A DNA stretch of 64,000 nucleotides from a virus: the IMG/VR virus record IMGVR_UViG_3300033145_000529, positions 32,001 through 96,000 of that record, one strand, 5' to 3'. The position numbers and the translations under genes were made by a program. The notes below the pieces were generated by a model that did no database searches, was not told the DNA's origin, and saw nothing but the letters and a program-made list of their open reading frames with translations. This document shows, one piece after another, positions 8,839 to 19,161 of this stretch (the first letter of the stretch is position 1; the number at the start of each line of letters is the position of its first letter).

Positions 8839-10341
8839 ATGGCAAATAAGGATAAAAAGAAAACTATAAGTAAAGTGATTACTGGAGAACTAAAACCAGG
8901 TAAACTAGTTAAAGCGGCAGTTAATATTTTGACAGACCCAACTCAAACTGGCTTGGTGTTCACTGAAGAAGTGGACAAGATGGCAATACCAAAAGATTAT
9001 CATAAATTGATAAAAACTTGTAGATTTTTTTACAAGCGTGACCCAATTGCTGGTACTGTTATGAACAAAATGGTTGATTGTGCCATTACTCCTCTGTCAA
9101 ACAAAAAGTCGGAGTGTAGTGATGAGGAGTACGAGGTTTACAATGCCCTAACTGAGATGCTTCAAGAATTCTTTAGAAATGTGTGCCTAGAATACCTACT
9201 CTCTGGTTTAGTTATTCCGCATTATGAGTGGGTGAGAATGAGGGGTAGCGAGCTTTCTCAGAAATTGAATTCTAGACGTAGAGTAACTGTTCCCAATAAT
9301 ATTTGGTTTAGAGACCCCGCAACGGTCACTGTTAAGAATTCAGTTATCCCAAATAAGAAATACTACTTTGTTGATGTTGATGCAAGAACTATATCTTTCA
9401 TTAAGAACAAGGGCAAATATCCTGATGGCACAGTTGATAAGGAGACATATAACGAGTTAGAAAAGAACTACCCCGCATTTGTAAAAGCGGTTCAAACTTT
9501 AAAAGGTACTAAGATGCAGATTAAACTAGAGGACATGAGACCCATTCTTGCTAAGACGCTTCCAGAGGAAGCATACCCAGTACCTTACATGGAAAATGCT
9601 TTGGAGTCCTTGATTCACAAGAGAAATTTGAGGAAAATGGATTATGCGATTGCGTCTAGGGTTGTTTCTGCTATTCAAATAATTAAGTTGGGTAGTGATG
9701 AGTTTCCATGTACAGATGAGACCGATTTTGACCACATTAAGAATCAAATGAATTATAGGACTTCTACAGGGTATCAAGAGAGAGTATATCAATTATTTGC
9801 TAATCATACTCTTAAAATTGAATGGGTATTTCCTGATACACAAGCTATGATAAACACTGAGAAGTATCGTGCTGTTGAGGATGACATAATTGCGGCATTC
9901 GGATTTCCTAGAACATTGATTACTGGTGAAACTTTAAGGTCTAATGTCCAAGGTGGTTCTGATTTTGCGGCATTCTCTCCTATTGCTACTATGGAAACTA
10001 TAAGAGATAGGTTACTTGAGTGGACTAAGGAATTGTACAAAGAAATTAGAGATAAGAATGAGTATATCAAAAATTATCCTATGCCTCAGTTTACACCAAT
10101 GAGACTTTACAGATTGATTGACCTTAACCTGATTGGTCAGTCTCTATACATGGAAGGCAATATTTCAAGGACATCAAGGCAAGAGCTTGTTGGTCTTGAC
10201 TTTGAAACTGAAATTGAGAGAAAGGTTCAAGAGGAGAAAGAGATGAAGGAGAAAGGCATTGACCCTGCTCCTGTATTACCGTTCTCTTCACCAAATATAC
10301 CAAATACTGGTAGAAATCCTCAACAAGATAAGGAGGAATAA
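8839..10341 (+). CDS. portal protein
   Basis: ~500 aa directly after TerL; CRFFYKRDPIAG, IAAFGFP. Confidence 0.85.
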   Translation: MANKDKKKTISKVITGELKPGKLVKAAVNILTDPTQTGLVFTEEVDKMAIPKDYHKLIKTCRFFYKRDPIAGTVMNKMVDCAITPLSNKKSECSDEEYEVYNALTEMLQEFFRNVCLEYLLSGLVIPHYEWVRMRGSELSQKLNSRRRVTVPNNIWFRDPATVTVKNSVIPNKKYYFVDVDARTISFIKNKGKYPDGTVDKETYNELEKNYPAFVKAVQTLKGTKMQIKLEDMRPILAKTLPEEAYPVPYMENALESLIHKRNLRKMDYAIASRVVSAIQIIKLGSDEFPCTDETDFDHIKNQMNYRTSTGYQERVYQLFANHTLKIEWVFPDTQAMINTEKYRAVEDDIIAAFGFPRTLITGETLRSNVQGGSDFAAFSPIATMETIRDRLLEWTKELYKEIRDKNEYIKNYPMPQFTPMRLYRLIDLNLIGQSLYMEGNISRTSRQELVGLDFETEIERKVQEEKEMKEKGIDPAPVLPFSSPNIPNTGRNPQQDKEE

Positions 10342-11021
10342 TGAGGGGAGTAGTTTTAGCGGGTGGTTTAGCTACTAGACTTAAACCGTTAAGTAATGTA
10401 CTTAATAAGCATTTGTTTCCAGTTTATGATTTACCAATGATTTATTACCCAATTAAAACATTGGCAGATGGTGGTATTAAAGATATTTTAGTGGTCATAG
10501 GAGAGAGGTCTGCTGGTGACATTGTTAGCCTATTACAAGATGGTTCTGAGTTAGGTGTTGATATAACATACAGATACCAAGGTGGTGGAGCACTAGGAAT
10601 AGCCCACGCACTAAACATAGCACGTGATTTTGTAGACGGTGATTTTACTCTTATTCTTGGTGACAACCTTTTCTTCGATACGCTTAATTTTACAGCGATG
10701 ACAGTACCTCATTTGTTTTTAACAAAATCAAATACACCAGAGAAGTTTGGTGTGGCAGAGATAGATGATGGCAAAATTATTCGTATTGTTGAAAAACCAA
10801 AAGAATTTGTATCGAATTTAATAGTTACAGGTCTTTATTTGTATCCTAGTAGCGTATTTGAGATTATTGATAGTTTAGAACCATCTACTAGGGGTGAATT
10901 TGAGATTACTGACCTTAATAATAAACTAGGAGGCTGTGACTATACTGTTATAGACAAGTGGTATGATGTCGGTGAGTACGACACTCTACTTGAAGCATCA
11001 AACCGTATAAAAGGAAGGTAA
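10341..11021 (+). CDS. rmlA: glucose-1-phosphate thymidylyltransferase
   Basis: GVVLAGGLATRL, NKHLFPVYDLPMIYYP, LGDN, VEKP, RGEFEITD. Confidence 0.93.
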   Translation: MRGVVLAGGLATRLKPLSNVLNKHLFPVYDLPMIYYPIKTLADGGIKDILVVIGERSAGDIVSLLQDGSELGVDITYRYQGGGALGIAHALNIARDFVDGDFTLILGDNLFFDTLNFTAMTVPHLFLTKSNTPEKFGVAEIDDGKIIRIVEKPKEFVSNLIVTGLYLYPSSVFEIIDSLEPSTRGEFEITDLNNKLGGCDYTVIDKWYDVGEYDTLLEASNRIKGR

Positions 11022-11022
11022 T

Positions 11023-11487
11023 ATGATTTACGGAGTTAAAACTAAAAATCTTAAAATTATCCCAGATGAGCGTGGGTGGTTAATGGAGATTCTACGTAAA
11101 GATGATGATATATTTGAGAAGTTTGGGCAGGTGTACCTATCAGTAGCTTTTGCGGAGAGGGTAAAAGCTTGGCATTATCACAAGATTCAAACTGATAACT
11201 TTACTTGTGTACGTGGGATGATGAAGGTTGTTCTGTATGATGATAGGAAAGATTCTCCAACATTTGGTGAGTTGAATGAGTTTTTTATTGGTGATAAAAA
11301 CCCACTACTTATCAGCGTTCCACCGCTAGTGTGGCACGGGTTTAAAGCTGTTGATGAGTCGGCTTATTTTGTAAGTGTCCCAACATTACCTTATAATTAT
11401 GATGAACCAGACGAGTATAGGTTATCACCAGATACGGATACTATACCATACGATTGGGGGTTGGTAACTGGTTTAAAGCATGGGTAG
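11023..11487 (+). CDS. rmlC: dTDP-4-dehydrorhamnose 3,5-epimerase (cupin)
   Basis: DERGWLME, KAWHYH, DDRKDSPTFG, WHGF. Confidence 0.92.
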   Translation: MIYGVKTKNLKIIPDERGWLMEILRKDDDIFEKFGQVYLSVAFAERVKAWHYHKIQTDNFTCVRGMMKVVLYDDRKDSPTFGELNEFFIGDKNPLLISVPPLVWHGFKAVDESAYFVSVPTLPYNYDEPDEYRLSPDTDTIPYDWGLVTGLKHG

Positions 11488-11494
11488 GTAAATT

Positions 11495-12376
11495 ATGAGT
11501 AAAATATTTGTGACTGGTGGAAGTGGATTGTTGGGTAGTAGAGTAGTAGAAGTGGCTAGGGAGTGTGGACACACTGTTATTTCTAGCTATTGTGATAACT
11601 ACCATAAAGGTGGTGTAAAACTTGATTTATTATTACCAGATGGTTTAGAACCAATATATTCTATAAAACCAGATGTTATAATACATACAGCAGGATTAAC
11701 AAATGTTGATAATTGTGAGGTAAACAAGGAACTGGCTTATAACATAAATGTTGAGGGTACTAGAAGAGTTGCATTTGCTGCTAGAAAATTAGATTGTTTT
11801 TTGGTAGGTATTTCTACTGACTATGTGTTTCCTGGACGAGACGGTGGTCTATACAAAGAAGAAGATAAGACACACCCAATAAACTATTATGGTTATACAA
11901 AGTTGGTCGGTGAGAATTTTTGTTCTAGTGTCGCAAGGTCTTGTGTAATATACGGGTCTATTCCGTCTAGTGGTAAAAAAGATAACTTTGTTCTGTGGAT
12001 TATAAACAATTTAACTGCTGGGAAAAAGATTAATCTTGCTATTGACCAATTTGTAACACCAGTACTAAACTATAATCTGGCTAGTATGCTACTAGAGGTA
12101 GTTAATAATAGAATAGAAGGTACAATTAACTTAGCTGGTGCTAATAGGATTTCTAGATATGACTTTGCAATAGCTATAGCAGAAAAATTTAAACTTAACA
12201 AGTGTTTACTACAACCAGTTACTATGGACGAGCTTCAATGGGTTGCTAAACGACCAAAAGACGCTTCGTTAGATACTACGAAGGCTTCTACTATACTAAA
12301 GGTGAAACCATACTATTTAGATGAGGCTCTAAGTAAATTAGAAAGCGACATGAGAGGTCAGATATGGAAAAAATAG
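11495..12376 (+). CDS. rmlD: dTDP-4-dehydrorhamnose reductase
   Basis: TGGSGLLG, TNVDNCE, STDYVF, YGYTK, KRP..SLD. Confidence 0.93.
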   Translation: MSKIFVTGGSGLLGSRVVEVARECGHTVISSYCDNYHKGGVKLDLLLPDGLEPIYSIKPDVIIHTAGLTNVDNCEVNKELAYNINVEGTRRVAFAARKLDCFLVGISTDYVFPGRDGGLYKEEDKTHPINYYGYTKLVGENFCSSVARSCVIYGSIPSSGKKDNFVLWIINNLTAGKKINLAIDQFVTPVLNYNLASMLLEVVNNRIEGTINLAGANRISRYDFAIAIAEKFKLNKCLLQPVTMDELQWVAKRPKDASLDTTKASTILKVKPYYLDEALSKLESDMRGQIWKK

Positions 12377-13296
12377 CCATTACTGGTGGTGCGGGATTTA
12401 TTGGCACAAACTTTGTTCATTATTTGTGTGAAAGGTATGATGCTAAGATTACTGTTTTTGATAAATTGACTTATGCTGGTAAGAGGGAAAACATTGCTGG
12501 ATTAGATATAAAGTTCGTCCATAAAGATATTTGTGATTTAATCGAAGATGATTTTGATGAGTACGATTGTCTTTACCACTTTGCGGCTGAGTCACACGTA
12601 GATAGGTCAATAACATCACCACATGATTTTCTGAATACTAATGTTTTAGGAACAGTAAACTTGCTAGAACTGTGTAAGAAGATTGGTGTTGGCAGGTTTA
12701 TATATATTAGTACAGATGAGGTATATGGTTCAGTTAGTGTTCCTAGTCGTGAGGTTGACATTCTTAGCCCATCATCTGCTTACTCTGCAAGTAAAGCATC
12801 TGCTGAGACGTTTTGTAATGCTTATTTAAAAACATTTAGAGTTCCTGTGATAATTACTAGAAGCTCTAATAATTATGGTCCTTATCAGCACGAAGAAAAG
12901 CTTATTCCTGTGGTTATTGGTAATGCTTTAAGGGATATGCAGATTCCAGTATATGGTACTGGTAATAATATTCGTGATTGGTTATTTGTAAAAGATAATT
13001 GTGAAGCTGTTGATTTTGTTTCTAGGAATGGTGGTGTAGGGGAGGTTTATAATATTGGGTCCAATAACCAAACTACAAACATTGAAATAATAACAGAAAT
13101 TTTAGGTGTTCTAGGGAAACCAACGAGTCTAATCTCATTTGTTGAGGATAGGTTGGGACACGATAGAGAGTACAGCCTTGATTGTTTTAAGATTAATAAA
13201 CTTGGTTGGAGAGCAAAGTATAATTTTAGAAAAGCCTTAAAGCAGACTTGTGAGTGGTATGAGCAAAGTTTCAGTAATAACACTAAGTTACAATAA
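12364..13296 (+). CDS. rmlB: dTDP-glucose 4,6-dehydratase
   Basis: TGGAGFIG, DKLTYAG, HFAAESHVDRSI, STDEVYG, YSASK, NNYGPYQ. Confidence 0.96.
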   Translation: MEKIAITGGAGFIGTNFVHYLCERYDAKITVFDKLTYAGKRENIAGLDIKFVHKDICDLIEDDFDEYDCLYHFAAESHVDRSITSPHDFLNTNVLGTVNLLELCKKIGVGRFIYISTDEVYGSVSVPSREVDILSPSSAYSASKASAETFCNAYLKTFRVPVIITRSSNNYGPYQHEEKLIPVVIGNALRDMQIPVYGTGNNIRDWLFVKDNCEAVDFVSRNGGVGEVYNIGSNNQTTNIEIITEILGVLGKPTSLISFVEDRLGHDREYSLDCFKINKLGWRAKYNFRKALKQTCEWYEQSFSNNTKLQ

Positions 13297-13972
13297 ACCT
13301 CATCTTATTGGTGAGACAATAGATAGTATCTTAGGTCAAACACTTCAAGATATTGATCTTATTCTTGTTGATAATAGCACAACTAGTAAAGAAGAAGTTA
13401 GGTCTATATTAAGGTCTTATGAAAAGAAAGATAGTAGAATTAGATTATTTTATGAGAATCCAACAGAAGATGAACGAAAATACCAGTATGTGGGTGCTTT
13501 GTATACGAATAAATATATGGATATTGCTGAAGGACAATACTTGTACTTATTGGCTGATGATGATATAATCCTTCCTACTTGTCTACAAGAGTTATATGCT
13601 TGTGCTGAAGCTACCGATAGTCACTGTGCTTACCTAGGTCAAGATTGGGTAGTACCAGGTGAGGTGACAGGTACATGGTCTGTGTGGCAGCATCGTGAGT
13701 ACAACTATATATATGGTACAGCAGCACATTTTCACTGTTCGGGTATTTTGGGACAAAGTAGTGTGATATTTAGAAAGGATTGTTTATCCAAAATTGATAA
13801 ACCATATTTTCCCGTTGAGTGGGAAACAGCAACCATGTGTGACGGGTTGTTTTTGGATAAAATGGCTAAAGAATTCAAAATTTACCCACTTGGTAAAACA
13901 TTATGTATTATTAGGTTCTTTCATGGGAGCAATTTTTCATTGTTATCCCAGAAAGATGTGGTAGGAGAATAG
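13259..13972 (+). CDS. glycosyltransferase family 2
   Basis: VSVITLSYN, LILVDN, LADDD (DxD). Confidence 0.88.
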   Translation: MSKVSVITLSYNKPHLIGETIDSILGQTLQDIDLILVDNSTTSKEEVRSILRSYEKKDSRIRLFYENPTEDERKYQYVGALYTNKYMDIAEGQYLYLLADDDIILPTCLQELYACAEATDSHCAYLGQDWVVPGEVTGTWSVWQHREYNYIYGTAAHFHCSGILGQSSVIFRKDCLSKIDKPYFPVEWETATMCDGLFLDKMAKEFKIYPLGKTLCIIRFFHGSNFSLLSQKDVVGE

Positions 13973-13974
13973 GA

Positions 13975-14799
13975 ATGGAAGAGGTTATAATTGCTATCCC
14001 AACAATTAATAATTTGCAATATCTGAAGAAGTGTATAGAGTCAATTTGTTGCTCGTTTCCATATGAGTTATTGGTTGTGGATAATGGGTCTACAGATGAA
14101 ACGCTTAGTTGGCTTAAGGAAAATAAGATACCACATATCCATCATGACAAGAATTTTGGATGTTCTTATGCTAATAATGAGGCAATGGAGTATTCTTTTT
14201 CAAAAAATAAACTAGTTTTTATTATACATAATGATGTAATTTTGCATAAAAACTGTTTGGATAACCTATATCGTGGATTGACAGAGACAAGAGATTTTGA
14301 CTTGTTATTTGCATTGGAGCACCTAACTGGTAGAGTTAATCGAGAAGTGATGAAAGAGTTCAGATATAATTATATATTTGATAAAGACAATAAAGGGTTA
14401 CCAAATGAGAAAACTATTGAGTATACGGGGGCAAAAGCATCAAGGGGCATTAATTTCACCGTTAGAGCAATTAGGAAGACTGCCGTTGAAAAGGTTGGTT
14501 ATTTTGATGTTAATTACTTTCCCGCTTATTTTGAAGATAATGACTATGGTTTGAGATGTATTTTGGGCAAGGTTAATGTTGGTATTGTTCAAGCTGCTAG
14601 ATACTACCATTTTTGGAGTAGGAGTATACATGAGGGTGGGGTTGGTACATTGAATAGTAAATATTTTGGAGCAAACCAGACATTTTATAATAGAAAATGG
14701 GGTGGAGCTATTGGTAAAGAGACAATATTAGACCCGAATATTAAGCTTTTTAGGACTAGAGAGGAAGATTATGAGCTTATCAAAAACAAAGTCATTTGA
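13975..14799 (+). CDS. glycosyltransferase family 2
   Basis: VVDNGSTD, HNDV, VGYFD..YFEDND. Confidence 0.9.
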   Translation: MEEVIIAIPTINNLQYLKKCIESICCSFPYELLVVDNGSTDETLSWLKENKIPHIHHDKNFGCSYANNEAMEYSFSKNKLVFIIHNDVILHKNCLDNLYRGLTETRDFDLLFALEHLTGRVNREVMKEFRYNYIFDKDNKGLPNEKTIEYTGAKASRGINFTVRAIRKTAVEKVGYFDVNYFPAYFEDNDYGLRCILGKVNVGIVQAARYYHFWSRSIHEGGVGTLNSKYFGANQTFYNRKWGGAIGKETILDPNIKLFRTREEDYELIKNKVI

Positions 14800-15682
14800 C
14801 ATAGTAATGGTGACACCAAATGATGTGTGTATGAAGGCACTTGATTATGTGTTTAAGAATTCTGTACTTGACCATGACATTTATCTTATAGATAATGGTG
14901 CTACTGTACTGGGTTATGACTTGGGAAAGTATAAAGGTTTGATTAAGCTCTCTATACCACATGATACATTAAAAATTCCAGAAATATACAATCAAGCGTG
15001 GAAGCTTACAAAAACTAACTATGTGGCTTTTATACACAATGATACTATAGTATTAGAGCATGGTTGGGACGTTAAAGTTGAGAAATATTTTAACGATAAG
15101 ACGGCAGTTCTTGGATTCTCTGGTGCTACTGGGTATGGTAATGAGAATATATATGTGAGACCATTTGAAAATGCTGATGTAGCAAGGATAGATTTTCGTT
15201 GGAACTTTAATAACAAAGAGGTTAGAGAGTATGCTCTTGAGTGTAGCACTGGGTATGATGATGGTTGGTTGAGGAGTCATGGTAAGAACCTTGATGACGA
15301 GCTGATGGTGGCTTCTGTGGTTGATGGTCTTATTATGATTATAAGGCGTGAAGTATTCGAGAGAATTGGTGGGTTTGATGAGAGGTTTATCTTCCAAGGT
15401 TTTGATGAGAACCTGTGCTTACATGCTATATCTTTGGGGTATGATAATTATATGGTAAATATCAAGTACTTCCACGAGGGTAGCGGTGGGGCTAGTAGTT
15501 ACTTAAACCTGCTAAAAGCACATAACATGAATGACGAGATTGCTGTTGGTAGTCTTGAGGTAAAGAATGGTGTACACAGGGAAGCTTGCTTGTTGTTGTA
15601 TAATAATTGGAAAGAATTGTTGCCAATACGGAAATTGGGTGATACTTTGTGGCAGAGGGTTAGAAATGAAGAAGTCGTTTGA
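14771..15682 (+). CDS. glycosyltransferase family 2 (paralog A)
   Basis: LIDNG, FIHND, VDGL, GGFDE. Confidence 0.88.
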   Translation: MSLSKTKSFDIVMVTPNDVCMKALDYVFKNSVLDHDIYLIDNGATVLGYDLGKYKGLIKLSIPHDTLKIPEIYNQAWKLTKTNYVAFIHNDTIVLEHGWDVKVEKYFNDKTAVLGFSGATGYGNENIYVRPFENADVARIDFRWNFNNKEVREYALECSTGYDDGWLRSHGKNLDDELMVASVVDGLIMIIRREVFERIGGFDERFIFQGFDENLCLHAISLGYDNYMVNIKYFHEGSGGASSYLNLLKAHNMNDEIAVGSLEVKNGVHREACLLLYNNWKELLPIRKLGDTLWQRVRNEEVV

Positions 15683-16490
15683 TATTGTAATTGTTACCCC
15701 TAGTCTTAGTTATGTTAAGACTATTGATTCTATATTAGAGAATTCAACATTAGAGCACGATATTTACCTAATAGATAACGGTGCCAGTTACTTGGGAGTT
15801 GAGTTTGACAAGTATAAGGAATACGTCAAGTTGGTCATTCCTGATTGCAGTTTTTCGTTACCAACTGTTTATAATAGAGCTTGGAACATTACTAAAACCA
15901 ACTTTGTAGCCTTTTTACACAATGACATACTCGTTCTTGAGAATGGTTGGGACGAGAAAATTGAGAGGTATACAAAAGACCATATCGGTATTATCGGCTT
16001 TGCTGGAAGTACTGGTCTCGGAACTGCTGATATTTATAAAGCACCATTTAGGAATGACCAGTTAGTGAGAGTAGGATTTCATTGGAATTTTAACAGTCCA
16101 GACCTTAGAAAATTTGTCAATAAATTAGGTCCACCGTATTGTAATGAGTCATGGCTTAGGGTTCATGGTGTTTGTTTAACTAGAGAGTGGTTACAAGTTG
16201 CATCCGTTGATGGTTTAGCAATAATAGCTAATCGTAAACTGTTAGTATCTGGGGGGTTTGATGAGGAGTATTTATTTCACGGGTTTGATGATGATATGTG
16301 TATGAAATCATTAGACATCGGACTGGCAAATATAATTATCAATATTGGTTATTTTCATGGGGGTTGTGGTGGTAATTCTGGTCATATAGAAATGTTAAAA
16401 GTACACAACAAAGAAGAGTCGCAACTTCATGACGATGCTTGTTTAAGATTGTATAATAAATGGAGACATCTGCTACCAATTAGGTATTAG
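15666..16490 (+). CDS. glycosyltransferase family 2 (paralog B)
   Basis: Tandem paralog of the previous gene (KSFDIV.VTP, HDIYLIDNGA, TKTN.VAF.HND); start ATG15666. Confidence 0.88.
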   Translation: MKKSFDIVIVTPSLSYVKTIDSILENSTLEHDIYLIDNGASYLGVEFDKYKEYVKLVIPDCSFSLPTVYNRAWNITKTNFVAFLHNDILVLENGWDEKIERYTKDHIGIIGFAGSTGLGTADIYKAPFRNDQLVRVGFHWNFNSPDLRKFVNKLGPPYCNESWLRVHGVCLTREWLQVASVDGLAIIANRKLLVSGGFDEEYLFHGFDDDMCMKSLDIGLANIIINIGYFHGGCGGNSGHIEMLKVHNKEESQLHDDACLRLYNKWRHLLPIRY

Positions 16491-16499
16491 GAGACGGTA

Positions 16500-17222
16500 A
16501 TGGACCTAGTGTCAATAATAGTACCAACTTATAATCTTGGTGAAGCGTTGGTTGCTTATTGTATACCATCAATATTACGGCAAACGTATCAAAATTTTGA
16601 GGTGGTAGTTGTTGGTGATGGTTGTACGGATAATACTGAAGACCTTTTACGTAAGTTCAATGATAAGCGTATCCGCTTTGATAATACAATAATACACAAA
16701 CCACCGAGAAGTAAGAATGTCACTAGCGTTGTACCAGGTAATAGGGCTTTAGAGCTGGCACGTGGAGATTGGGTAGCAAGACTTGACGATGATGATATTT
16801 GGACTAAAGACCATCTCGAATTGTTGATAAACTTTGCTCTGGACAACAGGTATAACTTTGTTTATGGAATTCAAGATTGGCGGGGTTCTTTGGTAGGTAA
16901 TGATGCTTTTGGATGTGGTGATGTTGGTAACAGTGCTACCATGTATGACCTTAGAGTATTTGATGAGTTTAGGTACAACATTAATTCTGGAATTCCAGCA
17001 GATTGCGATATACGTGGAAGGATGCTTAAAACTGGAAAAATGGAGCACGGATTCTTACCAACAATAATAACCTATACTGCACCGAGAATAGCTGCGTGGG
17101 AAAAAAGATATTTAACTTACACTGATAGTGGTATAACACCTGTGTTATGGTCAATGAACCAAGCAACTGTGGTAAGATTAAAAGAACTAGGAGATGTTAA
17201 TGAGCAGACCAGAAGGTTATAA
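16500..17222 (+). CDS. glycosyltransferase family 2
   Basis: VSIIVPTYN, GDGCTD, LDDDD. Confidence 0.9.
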   Translation: MDLVSIIVPTYNLGEALVAYCIPSILRQTYQNFEVVVVGDGCTDNTEDLLRKFNDKRIRFDNTIIHKPPRSKNVTSVVPGNRALELARGDWVARLDDDDIWTKDHLELLINFALDNRYNFVYGIQDWRGSLVGNDAFGCGDVGNSATMYDLRVFDEFRYNINSGIPADCDIRGRMLKTGKMEHGFLPTIITYTAPRIAAWEKRYLTYTDSGITPVLWSMNQATVVRLKELGDVNEQTRRL

Positions 17223-18336
17223 TTATTTGGAAATGTTAAAGGAGCATCTTGGTGGAAGTTTTGATTCTGTGTTCAACGGAAAACTTGTGTATCCAAGGCA
17301 ACTAGAAATACATCTACCTGGAGACCTTGTTAGACCATGTAATTTTAATTGTTATTACTGCCAAGGTGGCAAGATGGATAGGATACTATACCCATACGAG
17401 GAAGATGTGCTATGTTTGCTAGATAAGTTTGGTGATGATACTGTGGATAGTCTTGGTAGACACGCACCACCAGTACAGGCATATGGGGGTCAGTATAGTG
17501 AACCATTGCTTAACCCATATCTGTTGAAGCTTATGTTAAAGACAAAGGAGATAGGTTGTTCCTATGGTCTTCATACTAATGGTTCTTTGTTCTTGGACAG
17601 GGAAAATAAAGAAGGGTTTTTAACTAAGATAGTCGGGAATGCTAACTCCTCATTTGATTATATCACTATTAGTTTAGATGCGGGCAAACCAGAAAGTCAC
17701 CAAAGGATAAAAAACACCAAAATTAGTTGGTTTGAGACAATTATTGATGGAATTGCCAAAGCTTGTGAGATTAGGGGTAGTTCACCAACACCAGCAATAC
17801 GTATCGCTTACCTTATGACTGAAATTAATTCTTCATTTGAAGAACTGAGCGGAATGGTTGATATTGCTAAAAAGATAGGTGTTGACTCGTTACGTTTTTC
17901 TATACCGTATGATAACTATGGCAAAGAGTTTGGTAAGGTTCGTCAATATAAAGAAAAAGTTGAGTTACGGTGTAATGATGAATATAAGGAGTTAATTAAA
18001 CCGCTACTGTCGGGTGTTAAACCAGTTGTTTTCTATATTTCTCCAGAAAGTCAAGATGTTGATAGAATGATAATGTTTAAGCAGTGCATATATCCTTATT
18101 ATCAAACTAGTATTTCTTCGGATGGGTATATTTATAGGTGTTCTAGTACAGCGTCACCTAATTTTGCATTTAATCGTGTATCTGGTAGGGTTAGTGATGA
18201 TATGGATGATTTTCATGCAGCACTACTCCGTTCTCAGGACAAAGGTTGGAAACCAAGCACTTGTTTCAAGAACTGTGGACGTTGCAATAGATTAGCTGTT
18301 GAAATCAATAGTGAATGGATGAAATTAAATGACTAA
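17200..18336 (+). CDS. radical SAM enzyme with C-terminal SPASM/Twitch-like Cys cluster
   Basis: CNFNCYYC; SEPLLNP, TNG, ISLD; CIYP..SDGYIYRC..CFKNCGRC. Confidence 0.9.
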   Translation: MSRPEGYNYLEMLKEHLGGSFDSVFNGKLVYPRQLEIHLPGDLVRPCNFNCYYCQGGKMDRILYPYEEDVLCLLDKFGDDTVDSLGRHAPPVQAYGGQYSEPLLNPYLLKLMLKTKEIGCSYGLHTNGSLFLDRENKEGFLTKIVGNANSSFDYITISLDAGKPESHQRIKNTKISWFETIIDGIAKACEIRGSSPTPAIRIAYLMTEINSSFEELSGMVDIAKKIGVDSLRFSIPYDNYGKEFGKVRQYKEKVELRCNDEYKELIKPLLSGVKPVVFYISPESQDVDRMIMFKQCIYPYYQTSISSDGYIYRCSSTASPNFAFNRVSGRVSDDMDDFHAALLRSQDKGWKPSTCFKNCGRCNRLAVEINSEWMKLND

Positions 18337-18409
18337 ATTACATCGGTTGTGGTGCTCATACAGAGTTGTGTGTGTGAACTTTTCTCTGATAGTGGAGGCA
18401 ATAAAATGA
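18329..18409 (+). pseudogene. collapsed class I methyltransferase remnant
   Basis: Start MTKLH followed by GCG in a shifted frame (KLHLGCG-type motif I); end NFSLIVEAIK*; interior absent. Confidence 0.55.
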
Positions 18410-19035
18410 GAAGTGTACAAGATGTTTTAAGCAGCATACCAACGATTCATTCAATACAAGATTTGGAAGTATTGTGTGATAGTGTGGGGTTAATAGGGGA
18501 CAAAACTAAGGCTCTTATTAATGTTGGGTCTTACCGTGGAGGTTCGTCAGCGGCTTTATTAATTGGTATGGACTTGTATAGCGTAACAGGCGAATTATCT
18601 ATAGTAGGTCAATTCAGATACCATTCTCCTGGGGGTCCAGCGGCAGCTATACCAACACTAGATGCTACCTTTAGAGAGAGGAATATAGTGTGGACTGATT
18701 CTTTTCTTGGGGAGACTAAAGCAAACGTGGCTAAGTTCTCTGGTGATAGAAAAGTTAACTTTTTCCAAGGATTCTCTGATGACATTAATCTTGACCTTAT
18801 TGGGGGCACGTCTCTAATATTTTTGGATGCAGACCATTCAATACATGGCTGTTTACTAGATATATTGAAGTATACACAAAAACTAGTCGCTGGTGGTGTA
18901 CTGGTTCTTCATGATTGTGTACCAAGTTCATCGGTTGATAAAGCTTTACAAGTTTTTTTGACCATAAGACCAACCTTTAAGTCTGATGGACTTATTAAAG
19001 AAGGTAGTTCAATAGTAAGGGTGTGGAAAGGATGA
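18406..19035 (+). CDS. class I SAM-dependent methyltransferase (Methyltransf_24-like)
   Basis: NVGSYRGGS, IFLDADHS, GGVLVLHD; GGAGG RBS before ATG18406. Confidence 0.85.
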   Translation: MRSVQDVLSSIPTIHSIQDLEVLCDSVGLIGDKTKALINVGSYRGGSSAALLIGMDLYSVTGELSIVGQFRYHSPGGPAAAIPTLDATFRERNIVWTDSFLGETKANVAKFSGDRKVNFFQGFSDDINLDLIGGTSLIFLDADHSIHGCLLDILKYTQKLVAGGVLVLHDCVPSSSVDKALQVFLTIRPTFKSDGLIKEGSSIVRVWKG

Positions 19036-19092
19036 TTTCACTACTTACACAACAAGTGGGAAAATATTAAGCAGAAAGGAGCAAGCAAATGA
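19032..19092 (+). pseudogene. collapsed glycosyltransferase remnant
   Basis: Start MISLLT (ATGA overlap with the previous stop) and end NKWENIKQKGASK* in another frame, like the NKW ends of neighbouring GT2s. Confidence 0.4.
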
Positions 19093-19161
19093 GTAGTTGT
19101 TACTAAACTTATTTCTGATGCTCCTATTGGGTATATATATTATTCAAAAGTAGGGGGAAGT

